Shown: positions 40,898 to 54,360, numbered from the stretch's first letter. The stretch is DNA of 64,000 nucleotides from Octopus sinensis (GCF_006345805.1 NC_043010.1:44702001-44766000); one strand, 5' to 3'. The notes: generated by a model from the sequence alone, not told the origin. Numbers and translations are program-made.

Positions 40898-41940
40898 GGG
40901 CGGTTCTGTATTGTTTGTGAATAGAGAAGTTGTGTTCGACCAGAGAGAATCGTAGCATCATCATTTTTTTTTTTTTTTTTTCCACGTGCGTTTGGTGTTG
41001 CAATAAAAAGTGTTTGTATACTTCCTGTAAGGTATATTGTGGAGGTTGAAGTTGACTTTTCTAGAGATGTTTGTATGTCCAGTTAGAAGTACAGGTGTGT
41101 TTTTACAATAAAAAGTATATGTTTACATTTATATTTGAATATTCAGGGAGGAAGCAAAGAAAAGTCAGATTTTCATAGAAAGTTTTAGGGTTTTGTAAGT
41201 CCACAAAAAGAAAAAAAAAAAAGCGTGATGTTTTTAGAGAGAAGAAAAAAAAAGGATGTTTACAGAGGCAATTGTGGGTATCAAAGTTTTTAAGCTGGTC
41301 GAATGTATGATTGAAAACTGTAGATATGTAAATTTGTAAATTTTCTTAACTTATTTTGAAGGGCTGTTCTGTATTATTTGTGAATAGAGAAGCTGTGTTC
41401 GACCAGAGAGAATCTTAGCATCATTATTTTTTCCATGTGCGTTTGTGTTATTGCAATAAAAAAATGTTTGTATATTTCGTGCTTATTTTGAAGGGCTATT
41501 CTGTATTATTTGTGAATAGAGAAGCTGTGTTCGACCAGAGAGAATCTTAGCATCATTATTTTTTCCATGTGCGTTTGTGTTATTGCAATAAAAAGTGTTT
41601 GTATATTTCGTGCAAGGTAATATTGTGGAGGTTGAAGTTGACCCCTCTAGAGATGTTTGTATGTCCAGTTAGAGGAACAGGTGTGTTTTGCAATAAAGAG
41701 TATATGTTTACATTTATATTTGAATATTCTGGGAGGAAGCAAAGAAAAGTCAGATTTTCATAGAAAGTTTTAAGGTTTTGCAAGTCCACAAAAAGAAAAG
41801 CGTGATATTTTTAGAGAGAAGAAAAAAAAGGGTGCTTACAGAGGCAGTTGTGGGTATTAAAGTTTTTAAGGCCGATCGGATGTATGTTTGAAAGCTGCAG
41901 ATATGTAAATTTGTAAATTTCTTAACCCACTTTGAAGAGA
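40898..41940. repeat. Imperfect tandem repeat (about 463 + 131 + 445 bp units)
   Basis: The unit start ggg...ttctgtatt.tttgtgaatagagaag recurs at 40898, 41361 and 41492. Confidence 0.9.
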
Positions 41941-41958
41941 ATTTCAAATACTCACGAG

Positions 41959-42021
<63 letters not shown>

Positions 42022-42022
<1 letters not shown>

Positions 42023-43574
42023 ACTGGTCAGCAAGTATTTTTCATTAAGCATATGTCAAGATGTATTTAGTGTAGTTTTTAATGCTGATTTCAAATATAC
42101 AATTTGTTTTTTGACATCACGTACAGCTTTCAGGATGAGGAAGTTTTTGGGTTTTAGCTCATGCATTATATAGAAATTCCAGTTAATGACGTGTATGCAT
42201 GTATTTCATTTACACCAAAGAAACATACCTTTAAAATAAATTATATTATTCATTGCTGCATAGTTCAGATGCAATATTTCATCATCTTAAACTAACCAAT
42301 CATGTTTTGTCTGATGAAATAGGTATTTCAACATCTCAGATTATCCAGTCATAATTGATTTGATGAAATTTTTCATCATCTCAAATTCAGTATAAGTATA
42401 ACCGTTTGTATATATTTCCTTACTTGTTTTACAGTGTTAACAATGTCAAGACAGTGTAGAAATCGTTCTGATGTGGGTTTTTTTTTATGTCTGAAGACAA
42501 TTTATTGTGAAATGTCAAAAACGTACAATAACACCAATGATAAAGAAGATTTATATGCTATACTTTGACTGTCCTCTTGGAGATCAGGACAAGTTATGGG
42601 CACCACATTTTATCTGCTCAGCTTGCTGAAATGGATTTCATGACTGGTTCAATAATAATAAGTCCATGCCTTTTGCCATTTCAATGATATGGAGGGAGTC
42701 GAAAGTCCATTTTAATGACTTTTATTTTTGCAAAGTAAATATCAAGGATTTTCTATGAAGAATAAACACAAAATAGTGTATCCCAATTTGGATTCTACAA
42801 TGAGACCTATGCTTCACAATGGAAGTCTACCAATTCCAGTTCCACCAGATGATGGTACTGAAACATCAGAGGATGATGTTGTCTGTCACGATAGTGCTAT
42901 TGAGGAAGATTACGTGGCCGATAACGATAGCTTTGAACCTCGGAAAATTTTCAAAGCTGAACTGAATAACCTTGTCAGAGACCTAACCCTCTCATAAGAT
43001 AAAGCAGGACTGTTGGCATCAAGACCAAAGAAGTATCTGCTAGAGCACGGTGTTCGTACAACTTATTTTCGGTAGAGAAATGCGGTTCTACAAACGTGTT
43101 TTTTCTGTTGAAGGCCCGCTTTGCTTTTGCAGTAACATCGATAGACTTTCCGGATGTTTATCACAAAATCATGATCCTACAGGGTAACGTTTGTTTATTG
43201 ACTCTTCAGAACGAAGTTTAAAAGATGTACTTCTCCATAATAGTAATTTGAAGCCCTCCATTCTTATTGCATACTCCGTTCATCTTCATGAATCATATGA
43301 GAATATGGAACTTTTACTTCATGCCATTGCCTATGAAAGATACTCATGGAAAATATGTGGCGATTTAAAAGTCATTGGAATGTTAATGGCAATGCAGTCA
43401 GGTTTCACAAAATATTGTTGTTTCTTGTGTCTATGGGATAGTCGGGCAACTGACAGACATTATTCGGAATCAAACTGGCAGACAAGAACATTATGCTAGC
43501 CAGGACTATCTAGCATCAAGAATACACCTCTTGTAGATCCATGTAATGTCCTATTGCCCCCTTTGCACACAAAG
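42022..43574 (+). mobile_element. Chapaev3/CMC-like DNA transposon, left end and decayed transposase
   Basis: Starts CACTGG after (ATT)n; GDQDKLWAPH, SMPFAISMIWRE, ELNNLVRDL, LFIDSSERSLK, ICGDLKV, KYCCFLCLWDSRA, LLPPLH. Family name recalled from motifs, not searched. Confidence 0.65.
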
Positions 43575-44249
43575 GGAGCAATAGGACATTACTTTGCGGC
43601 AGCGATCTGCAGAAGCGTTGACCCCATAGTTGAAGAAAATAACGAAGCTGCTATACATTATCCAGTGGAGTTTTTAAATTCACAGACGCTTTCTGGGATG
43701 CTACCTCATATACAGACCTTGAAGAGGCATTCGATAGTCATGTTGCTAAGAAACCTGAACACATTGAGAGCTTTACTCAGTGGAACCCGGATCTTAGGGC
43801 TGTCCACCAAGGACATTTTCATTCATGGAAAAATACTTAGTGGAAGTAAGAAAGGAGAGGAGGTCTTTATTCCGCGCATCAACCTCCGTTCCAGTGAGAC
43901 AATCCTTCCCTTTAGTATGAGTAGACAACAGCTTCCTGTTATCCCAGCATTTGCAATGACTATAAACAAATCACAAGGGCAGAGCTTCAATAATGTTGGT
44001 ATCATCCTACCATCACCAGTATTCAGCCATGGACAACTTTATGTTGCATTGAGTAGAAGTAGAAGTTGTAATAACATTAAAATGTTGGTAAAGGACCGTC
44101 GAAAACAAGGCGAACTCATTGCTGGTAGGGTTTTCGCTAGGAACGTGGTGTTGAAGCAATTCCTGAGATAACGGTTGTAATGTTTTAATTTTAATTTTAT
44201 TTACCATATCGTTTTCATTCCATCATTTCTGACGGCACGGGTACACTAG
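43575..44249 (+). mobile_element. Helitron 3' end with PIF1 helicase C-terminus
   Basis: YPVEFLNS, VMLLRNLN, FIPRI, PAFAMTINKSQGQSF, FSHGQLYVALSR; gacggcacgggtac then CTAG at 44246-44249. Confidence 0.85.
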
Positions 44250-44254
44250 CAATA

Positions 44255-44373
<119 letters not shown>

Positions 44374-44857
44374 GGGCTACAGCAAATATTCTGTCCAATA
44401 CCACAGATTTGCTTGTCAGTTGTTTGACCTTAACCAGTTGAGCATGTCCCTTAGTGGCTGACGATATGTGCATCTCTGATCACGAGTAGAATTAGTTGGG
44501 GAGCATCATAGCCATGTGTTGAGAGGGATTGTTTGAGGTTTGAATAAATCACCTCTGTAAACATGGATGTTTCATTCAACATCCTATAGAACCCTTATTC
44601 AGGGTCCTTTTGAGTGGGATGGGTTACTCGACCAGAAGAAAATTCTAACTGGGCACCACCTACAAGGTCAAGCGCTGTTTATCTTGATATGAGATCACCA
44701 TGTCGCGCACATATGGTTGTGATGCATGTGCCTAGTGTACCCTTATCAGACGGGTAGTCATGATTGGTATACTGGGCTTTGTATATTTTACCCCAGTGTC
44801 ACTTTGATGGCATACCCTGCTCTTTCACTCAATAATACTAATAATTATTATTATTAA

Positions 44858-45026
44858 GGGGCGAACTGGTTGAATCGTTAGCACCCTAGGAAAAATGCTT
44901 TGTGGTATTTCGTCTGTCTTACCGTTCTAAGTTCAAATTCCACCAATGTCGACTTTGCCTATCATCCTTCGGGGTCGATGAAATAAGTACCAGTTACGAA
45001 CTGGGTAGATATAGTCACTAGTCCCC
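44858..45026 (+). mobile_element. tRNA-derived SINE lacking its own tail
   Basis: Diverged 14120-family head and body; joins Tx1 sequence directly. Confidence 0.8.
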
Positions 45027-45029
45027 ATC

Positions 45030-46037
45030 AAACGTAGACCGAGAAAGGGCGCTTGGCACCTCGAGTGCCGTCAAGCCCTCTCCGCCCTCCGCCAGGCGGG
45101 CAATGCGGTCGGTTACAGCTCCACTCTAGCGTTCTATAGAGGGTTAGTGGAGGAAAAATGCGACGACGTTCTCGGGGAAACTCTAGGCGTTGAAGACGAC
45201 GAACTGAGCGGTCTGTTCGGGAGGACTTTCGGGCCGGGGCCGATGGATAATTTCCAGAGGTCTCTCGCTTGGCAGTGCTACCGAGGGGCTCTGCCTGTTC
45301 GAGATAAACTCTACCGGCACGGAAGTGCCGTCAGCCGGGCCTGCCCGAGGTGCTGCCAGGACGACGAAACCGTTCTGCACGCACTCGTCCAGTGCCCGAG
45401 TATTGCTGAAATATGGGTTTATGTCGAACAGCTACTGTCACGTGTAGGACGGATCCGACTATCGGCCGAATCCATAGTGAAGATTGCCCCGCCGACCTCC
45501 TTTAACAAGGAGGGCGAGGCCGTTTTCTTGTGCCTAGTGGCTGTGGCGAAAGAGGTCGTGTGGTGGACTCGTTTGAAAGGGCTAAAGACAGACACTTTCC
45601 TCTTTGGTCAAGGCCTCATCAACTTTTTCAAGTTTCACTTGAAAAGGAAGATGAGGTTAGAGAGGAAAGTGCTGTCCGATAGCAAGTTTTATGAAAGGTG
45701 GGTGAATTGTGCGAGACTGGCCTGTATAAATGGACCAGTTCTCAGGTTTCGCCTGTGATTTCAAAGAAAAAGGTAATGTAAAAGGAGAAGAAAGGGGACT
45801 CTCTACACCCCCTTTTTTTGACCAGGCTCCCGTTGGCTTTTGTAGGGTTTTTTCCACCAGGAACCTTTCGAGACGTCTCCCCCTTTTGGGAGTTTTTCAT
45901 TGTTGAATTTTATAAGTTGTTATAAAGATTTTTACTCGATGTTTTTAAAAAACGGCAAAACCCTTTGTAACCTTTCGTCCTGTCTTGTCCCTTTATGTAA
46001 TCATGCGTGTCAGCCCTTGTGGCCAATAAAAAAGAAT
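45030..46037 (+). mobile_element. 5'-truncated Tx1/L1-clade LINE 3' end
   Basis: Open frame 45147-45758 with AWQCYRGALPVRDKLY and CPRCCQDDETVLHALVQCP; 3' UTR gcccttgtggccaataaaaaagaa followed by (ATT)n. Confidence 0.9.
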
Positions 46038-46039
46038 TG

Positions 46040-46102
<63 letters not shown>

Positions 46103-46114
46103 ATAATATTCCGA

Positions 46115-49100
46115 TTGAATTGCATCTTATTTCATCTTTTGACCGGGTCTCAATCAGAGACCTAAGACACGTATATATTAGAGGGAGAGAACCTTCCCGA
46201 GAATGTAGGCGCTTGATGTCAACACATTTTTTTGCATCTCATAGACTGTTGGTTTCCTAGGGATCTGGTCAAAAAAATTTGTCAGTACCTTTCTCGATCA
46301 TTCTCAGGGCACCTACAACAACAGCGATGATTTTGGTTTTTAATTGCCACGTCCTAGATATCTCAATATGAAGGTCCTTATATTTCGCCAGTTTTGCAAA
46401 TTCTTTTGCTGAGATGTTTCTATCAGTAAGTACTGTCATGTCAATTAACAGGCATGCTTTTTGCTTTAAGACTTTGATAACGTTGTCTGGTCGGTTAATA
46501 TTTATATGGCTGTCTGTATATATCTCATAATCCCACAGGATGGTAACATTCTCTCCCTCAGTGACTGGCTCTATATGGTGTTCATAGCAGTCCTTAGAAT
46601 GGTTGATGCCATAGTGATGGCATATTATCCAGTGCAAGTATTGGCCAGCTCGACCATACCTGGTTTTATATTCTGTAGGGGCAAGGACTGAGCAACCGGC
46701 AATAACATGGTCAATATTCTCAAGCATTGCAGAGTCTACACTTTGTGTGTACCTCATTGTGTGTAACGTTAGCTTGATAGTTCCGGGTCAGGAAACTCTG
46801 GTTTTGTGCTGCTAGGATGAATCATTTGTTTTGGCTTTCAAACCAACATTCTGCAGCCACTGATGACTTCTGACATCTATGTCAGCTTACCCAGCTCGAG
46901 TGGGGTAATGTCCACAGTTTTGGTATTTCCTTCAATCTTTCCTGTTTGACTTTTGTTTTACAATTTTTTGCTGCCTCAGTGGCTGATATGTCCTCTTTAT
47001 CATCGTTAAGCTCTCGTCTGTATTTATATGCTTCCATTGAGGTTGAGTGCAGTTTCTTAGTCTGTTCATGTTGCCTTACCAGCTGTATCATTTAGTCGGT
47101 GTTGCTTTGGATGTACACTTTAAGTCCTATCGTGATAATTTTATAGCACGTTTCAAGCTTGTTTAGACCTCTGCTGCCTTCCTTTTGTGGGAGATAAAGC
47201 TTGTAGACGTCTGATTTTGGGTGGTGCATCCTGCTTAGTGCCAGCGGTTTCCTGGCTTTTAATGTCCACACACTGGAGATTACCCAGATTTCAATTGATG
47301 ACATTAAGGCTATACTGGACAACATTACCGCCAGGGTGTTTATAGTTGCAATTCTATTCTGAGAGTTCAGCTTAGTATTCCGGATCATTCTGACACGTCT
47401 AAAGTACTCTTTCCTGATGTTCTATTTCATTGATCCGTGTTGAATCCCTTTCCCTTCGTGTATCCCAAGATGCTTACAGGAACCTTCTTGGCTCAGGTTC
47501 TTGATAGATGTGTCATTGTCAAATTGGGTCGTTGTATTAGATGTTAATTTACCACGTTTGAATAAAGCTTTTGCGCACTTGTCAAGGTCAAATTCCAAAC
47601 TGATTTCATTACTGAATTTTTTCACAGTTACTCGTAGCCCTTTCAGATCCTTGTCATATTTTGCATATAACTTCAGATCATCCATGTAGAGAAAGTGTGA
47701 CATGATCTTGTCAAACGTTTTGTAACCATTAGTTTGTTCTATTCAGCTCGTGAGACAAGGGAATGAGGGTAACACAGCAGAGGAGAGGGGAGAGTGAATT
47801 GTCCCGGAATATTTCATGATCTATTCTGATGTTCTCTTTTGCGTGGTTGAGAAATAATTTTGTGTTCAACAGTCCCACACAATGCTTTTAAGAAAGTAGA
47901 GATCATGTATATATTTAGTGCCTTTAAAATCCAGCTGTGTGACACTGTCAAATGCCTTACAATAATCAATCCCTGCTGTGTTAAGATTTCGTTTTTGGAT
48001 GAGCAATTTTGAGTATCTTACCGTTTTTTAATAGCTAGATTTTGCAGCCGTATGTGTTTCTTTTGCACCCTTTTTGTTCAAGAAGGATGTTGTTTTCATC
48101 GAGAAATTGATACATTCTTTCGGTGAGGTTGGATGTAAGTAATTTGTACATGGTGGTCAAACAAGTGATCAGTCTGTATTTTTTTTGTGTCATTCGTTTT
48201 TGTGGGTAGGTGAGGTATTCCTAATGTTAGCGAGCTTGGAGTCTTTTTGGAGTTTCTGATTATGCTAGAGAAACATTCCATTAACTGATGGTGTGACGAT
48301 GAGAAGATATTAATCCGGAAGTTTGGGATTTTATCATGTTCAGGAGACTTCAACTTAGGTGCTTTGGATAGAACTTGAGTTATTTCCTGCATTGTAATAT
48401 CGGTCCATTCCTGTTCATCAACGTTAGCCATTCTTCCTTCTCTCCCTGCCCTTTCAGCTTCCTTGTTGAATTCCTTTTTATCGTTTCATATGCTTTTTCC
48501 AAAATGTCACTTTCATATCAGGCAAGTCGTTTACTTCGATCGACTGTTTCCCTAACTCTCAGTAGAATTTTTTTGCATCAGTTTTAAATATCTTAGTTTA
48601 TTTGTAAAATTTGTTTTTCTTTTCATACCCGCGTAAGTTTTGGGCCTTAACCTGCATTTTTTGCTTAACTATCTCTTTTGCTCTCAGTACTTCATTCACG
48701 TTTATCAGAGTGTATTTTCACTTTATCTTTCTAGCCATACTCATCTTTATATTATTTCTTTTGGAGAGTTCATCTAAGATCGATAGTTCCTGTCGGAAAC
48801 TCGATTTCTTTATTTATGCGGCCTTTCCATCTTGGGTATTCATGTGCTTTCTTGAGAGCCTTTTTCTTTGACTTGACGCCTATTTTCTTTGTGGCAGTAA
48901 TAGCTGTTGAGTAGAAAAGATGTCTTAATGAGGTTAAATCTCAGGGCATAGTCATATATTTTGATCGTACTTTGATTTGATTTGGTGTTCTGAAACTTTG
49001 GTAGTTGATCTCTCACATTCATTTCTAGATGTTTAGAAATGCTTAGCTCTCCCAGGAAATCGTTTTTTGACTCAAGTATTCTCTCTCTATTGGCTTCAGC

Positions 49101-49360
49101 GAATGCCTCAGCCATTGCAGCTTCAGGTTCATTTTTACTTTCTGTCACTTCACAGTTAAGTCCGGTGATCTACTACTTCAGGTTCTAAGTTGCCTGCATG
49201 AAACTCATGTTCAGGGATGTTTCTATCAACAGGTTGGATGTCTTCCTGTTCATTATTGCCAGTACCTGCACCTTGCACGTCAGCTTGATTTTCTGGGATG
49301 GTAGTGGCATTATTTTTATCGTCTCTAATTCAGCTGGTATTAGGCAGTTATATCCCATTT
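46115..49360 (-). mobile_element. R4/Dong-like LINE, decayed
   Basis: SHFLYMDDLKLYAK, HVIAGCSVLAPTEYK, ILWDY, RPDNVIK, KYKDLHIEI; 3' end abuts (TAA)n. Confidence 0.9.
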
Positions 49361-49369
49361 CCTCAGCCT

Positions 49370-50390
49370 ACCCTCCATCCACCGTCACGTGATTCCAGAT
49401 ATTTAAAAACACTCACCTCCTCTAACATCTCACTATTTATGCTCACATCCACCCTACCAGCCATTCCATCTCGCGAACACTTCATTACCTTACATTCAGT
49501 TTCTTTCTCTCACACACTCTTCCAAACTCTAACACCAGTCTCCTCAGTTGATCTTCCGAATCCGCCAACAGTGCTGTATCATCAGCAAACAACAACTGAT
49601 TCACCTGCCATTTTCTACAAACCATTTGGTTCCCCTACCAAAGGTTCTAGCATTTACCTCTCTCAGCACACCATACATATATACTTGTGTTGTGAAAGGT
49701 ATGCTGAGAGATAAAAGGTTGAGTATGAAAGCGAAAAGAGGTGTGTATGAGGGCGTGAGTGTGCCGACAAAGTTATATGGTGCAGAGACATGGTAGATGA
49801 GAGAGGGAGAAGGATGCAACCAGATGTGTTTGAGATGAGATGTTTGCGGGCTATAATTTGGTGTGACACGGATGGACAGCATGAGGAATGAGGAGGTGCG
49901 AAGACGAGCAGGAATGAGAGAAAAACTAACCACCAAAACGGATAGACGAATGTTGAGGTGGTTTAGCCACATGGAGATGATGGATGAGGTGCGGATGGTA
50001 AAGAGGGTTATAAAGGCAGAAGTGATAGGCAGCAGAACCAGAGGCAGACTGTTTTGTGTGGATGGATGGAGTGAAGAAAATCTTTGGTGGTTAGAGGTGT
50101 TAGAGTGAGAGTAGCAAGATAATTTATAAATGATAGGAAAGCTTGGAGAGGGTTTGTAGATGGATGAGTGAATTTGATGTTGCTCAAAGGGGTACGAAAC
50201 CAGCATAATGGGGCAGAGTAAACCAGCATATGCCGTCGGGCCCCGCTGCTGATATTGGGGGTTGCATTCTATGTCTTGACTCGAGTATAGAACGAGGCTC
50301 GCCGCTTTGAGCTGGGAAATGAATGGAATGCCTAGTGAGTGTCTTGTGGCAACCGCCTCCTAAAAAGTGGGGAATAGGCCTGGGTATATA
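49370..50390. mobile_element. RTE-clade LINE with inverted 5' segment
   Basis: 49370-49680 minus strand encodes an RT FADD/FKYL region; 49690-50200 plus strand encodes the downstream VFEMRCLR and LRWFSHMEMM region. Confidence 0.8.
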
Positions 50391-50898
50391 TAAAGACAAT
50401 TAGACGGTTATTACACATGATGCGTACGTTGGCTAATTTGTTTGCATCAGTATAATCACGGGCACCATCTCTTATCATTTCTCTCCAGCTATTAAAAAAC
50501 AATATTATTACTTCCTGGTTGGGTCAGTATTGTGCAGAATGCTGTCATGATTTGCTTATACTCCTCTCTTGTCCATATATTTTTAGAGTTTGTTTTATTT
50601 GGTGTTTATCTTAAGGAGTCGGGGTTGATTTCACGGTTCTGATTACCCTCAAGAACATTTTCAGAAGAGATTTTTTTCCCCAATTTCCAACTTGTCGGCT
50701 TCGGGTGATCCACATGACCAACGATGCGGTATAATCTGTTTCTTGTCTGATTTTACGTGAAGAATTAATTTTAACCTTACTACCATGGAGTGATTTGCGT
50801 CACTACTCAAGACAGATTTGTTTCATCAAGCCCTCATTTGGATGTGCTGTACTGCACTGGTCATGAATACTATATTCACAACCCAGCAGCTGTGGGTT

Positions 50899-50902
<4 letters not shown>

Positions 50903-50931
<29 letters not shown>

Positions 50932-51029
50932 CTTCTTCTCTTCTTCTTCTTCTCCTCCTCCTCCTCCTCCTCCTCCTCCTCCTCCTCCTCCTCCTCCTCC
51001 TCCTTCTTCTTCTTCTTCTTCTTCTTCTT

Positions 51030-51057
<28 letters not shown>
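50903..51057. repeat. (CTT)n/(CCT)n microsatellite
   Basis: Direct observation. Confidence 0.97.
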
Positions 51058-51060
<3 letters not shown>

Positions 51061-51489
51061 GATCGAATCGAAAAGCAAGCCATTTAACTGATTGGCAAAG
51101 ATTCAGTTACTGACATGTTTCAATCGCTAACATACTTGCTGTTTATTATATCGCTACTAGGGTGGCACCTGCTCCTCTGTACTTACTAGATTTATATGCT
51201 CCCTACTTTAGCACACATGACATAGTCGTCTTTCCCTCCCATCACTCTTACTGTGTTGCGTCTCTCAGACCTCGCTCAAAGAACTCCAATCCTTCTTCAC
51301 GATTGTAACGTTCTGGAATTCCTTTCCCGTGCACATTTTCCTTATACAAACTAAACAACGAGGAAGCGGCCGATATGTTATTCTTCTTCTAATGGTAATA
51401 TTATTAATGGTTATTCTCCCCTAATGGTAATATAGATGTGTCCAGCAATGATACCAAGTATCCTAATAATTGAACTGTCTCAGGGTTGT
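51057..51489 (+). repeat. Direct repeat copy 1 (LINE 3' fragment plus flank)
   Basis: Near-identical to 58255-58657 apart from a small internal duplication. Confidence 0.93.
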
Positions 51490-51690
51490 GTGCCAGGCAA
51501 AATGCTGAGCAGCATTTCGTCTGTCTTTATGTTCTGATTTCAAATTCTGCCGAGTTCGACTTTGCCTTTCATCCACTCAGTGTCGATAAAATATGTACCA
51601 GTGAAACACTGGGGTCGATGTAATCGACTAGTCTTGCCCCACCAAATTTCACGCCTTGAATCTTTAGAAGAAAGGGTTATTAGTATTATT
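51490..51690 (+). mobile_element. tRNA-derived SINE, 5'-clipped
   Basis: 14120-family body with an alternative tail. Confidence 0.8.
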
Positions 51691-52319
51691 ATATGCAGAA
51701 ATCTGTCTTCAAATTTCCAAAAGAAGAATAGACACAATACCTATCCCTTATAATCCCTGCTCTAGCTTGAAGAGTATATTGAGAGGAAGTTGGCACAACC
51801 AACCAACGGGGCAAATTTGTTTTTACTGAAACATGTTGGCCATTTTGTGGAGAAGGGATATTCGCCAAATAAATAGATTGAGTATACCGGTTGATATAAA
51901 TCAATTTGGGATCTGAAATCACAGCGGACATGACTAGACTGAAACATTTTAAGGCATTTAGTTTGCCGCTCTTATTCTGTTTGTAAACCAATAGCCTCAT
52001 CATTCCTTCTAGCATTATTTTCGGTGTCTTCGTTTCTTGTTTCGTGAGTGAAAACGTGCAAGCGGAGGATTCTTCAACTCGTTCATCTTTTCTCTTTTCA
52101 TTAGAACAAGCATGAACTATGGATTAAGTGAACATCAACTTTCTGAACTCGTCCTCCTGTCTCGAGAAACCGCCAACCAGCTTAAAGGAGGGAAAAAAGT
52201 CGTATTCAGTGACAAACATGCAACTGCTATCATACTGGTAGTAAGTTGGAAGAAGTCACAAGACTAGCTTCCGCTGAAATTTTGTAAATTAGTTTTCGTT
52301 TTGCCAAAAACTGACACTC

Positions 52320-52618
52320 CGACGATTACGATGACGAGGGTTCCAGTTGCTCAAATCAACGGAACAATCTACTTGTGAAATTAACGTTCAGACATACCTA
52401 CCCATAATGTAGTTCACAGGGAGATTCAGCCTGACACAGAATGTGACGTTGCTGGTCATTTGAAATACAAGTACTACTCATTTTTGCCAGCTGAGTGGAC
52501 TGGAGCAACATTGAATAAAAGTGCCTTGCTCAAGGATACAACATGCCGTCGGGAATCGAACTCACGAGCTTACGATCGTGAGCCGAATATCGTAACTACC
52601 AGGCTATGCGCGTTCACG
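52320..52618 (-). mobile_element. tRNA-derived SINE, second family
   Basis: B box gagttcgattccc; ccttgagcaaggcact; ccactcagctggcaaaaatgagta is shared with 57703-57945. Confidence 0.75.
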
Positions 52619-52914
52619 TTTTGCCGAACTAAAAACCCACAATGTAGTAAATAAAAAAGAACCCTATTCTTTACTTTTCCGAAATTATTGGGGAAGATGA
52701 TTACATTTATCGATAGCTCAAATTAGAAATCGTTAATTGATGCCCTTAGTGCGCCAGTATGCGGACTAAATTAATATTTGTGTTCCGAATAATTGTGCGT
52801 TTACAAAAAGAATTTTAAACCAGTATTATAGATAATAGGAAAAATAAACAGCTAAAAAGAAATATTTATTACTACATGGATTCAATTGTTCAAGAAAATT
52901 TTTGGTATCTTCCA

Positions 52915-53096
52915 TTTCTTAGGAACAAGGCCCGAAATTTATGGGGAGATGGCCAGTCGATTACATCGACCACAGTACGCAACTGGTACTTAATTTATCG
53001 ACCTCGAAAGACAAAGTCAACCTCGGTGGAATTTGAACTCAGAATGTAAGGACAGGCGAAATACAGCTAAGCATTTCACCTGGAGCGCTAATGTTT
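52915..53096 (-). mobile_element. tRNA-derived SINE
   Basis: 14120-family copy, head to tail with the next copy. Confidence 0.8.
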
Positions 53097-53098
53097 CT

Positions 53099-53329
53099 TA
53101 TTTCTTTATTGCCCACAAGGGGCTAAACACAGAGGGGACAAACAAGGATAGAAAAAAGGGATTAAGTCGATTACATCGTCCCCAGTGAGTAACTGGTATT
53201 TAATTTATCGACTCCGAAAGGATGAAAGGCAAAGTCGACCTCGGCGGAATTTGAACTCAGAACGTAAAAGACGAAATACTCATAAACATCTCGCCCGGCG
53301 TGCTAACGTTTCTACCAGCTCACCGCCTT
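53099..53329 (-). mobile_element. tRNA-derived SINE with Tx1-like tail
   Basis: Full-length reverse-complement match to 14120-14345, including the tail. Confidence 0.88.
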
Positions 53330-54360
53330 GTATTATCCATTTATTGAATTGAGTTTTATTACTCAATGGGATGTAGCAAAAGCAAATGAAAACCTTCTCT
53401 ATGCAGTTTATGTAGTATAAAGCTCTGGATAATTTGAAGTTAAAAAAAATTAGGGAAAGTCATATGAAGTAAAATTTAATTTTCAATTAAATTTGATTTC
53501 ATCTAAAATGATTACAAGCAGGGCTTATAATTTTAACATTTTACGCTGCAATTTGTATTTGAATGGTATTGCAATTTGCATGTCTATAAATTTTTAATGA
53601 GAAATTCAAGAATGAGAAATTCAAACACTGTTTTGCATTCTGCGTGAAATCATTCTGAAACCAACTAATTCATGTGGGTGTTCATTGTGGTTCATCGGAA
53701 TATATATTTCTGCTTATACACAAACACTTATGCAGACATACACTCATATCGTATATACAATCTACTCTTTGCACCTAATTGCCTTTAGATGTTTATTGTC
53801 TTTCTATACAATCTATTCTGATATATAATGTTTAAGCTTGTGTGCATAATAGACAATGTGCAGTTTTTCGAAATGCATAAATTTGAAGAACAGGTTATTG
53901 AAGAATAAATTAATAGCTAGAAATTGGGTGTCTGTTTGTAACGCGGTGGGAAAGCAAGAAAAAAACAAGAATATCAGGCTTTCCCCCTCCATATCAGGAG
54001 AAAAAATTCCCATTGTAAAATTATTTAGCCACAGCGTGGGTTTTCACTTCAATAAGCTACCAGATATTGAAGCATAAGAACAGTGGATCACATCTTGGGG
54101 GTGGTACTGTGTTCCGCTTGCCCTATGTAGGTAATGTTGAGCGGTCTCTACAACAAGAAGTTCTAGTATTGTGCAATATTAAGAAGTTATAAGATAATTT
54201 GTTGGATTTTTATATTGAATTATATTCTGTCGGTAACGCTTTGTACTGAGAAAATTTATCTATCGGCTGCATAACTCTAGAGAAACCAGGAATTAAACAC
54301 TTTATAGAGCCTACAAAATAACCCAGTATTTCTTGCAACTATGTTCTAAGGATAAATCAG

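Noticed and set aside
40898-41940. Regularly recurring unit as a CRISPR-like array
   Set aside because: Long contiguous tandem units with no unique spacers, in a eukaryotic context with no cas genes.
51689-52015. 108-aa ORF in non-repetitive-looking DNA
   Set aside because: No recognisable motif or splice support.
52905-52925. 13-nt match (aagaaatggaaga) between a SINE end and the R4/Dong 3' UTR near 36650
   Set aside because: Short, purine-rich and seen in one SINE copy only; likely chance.
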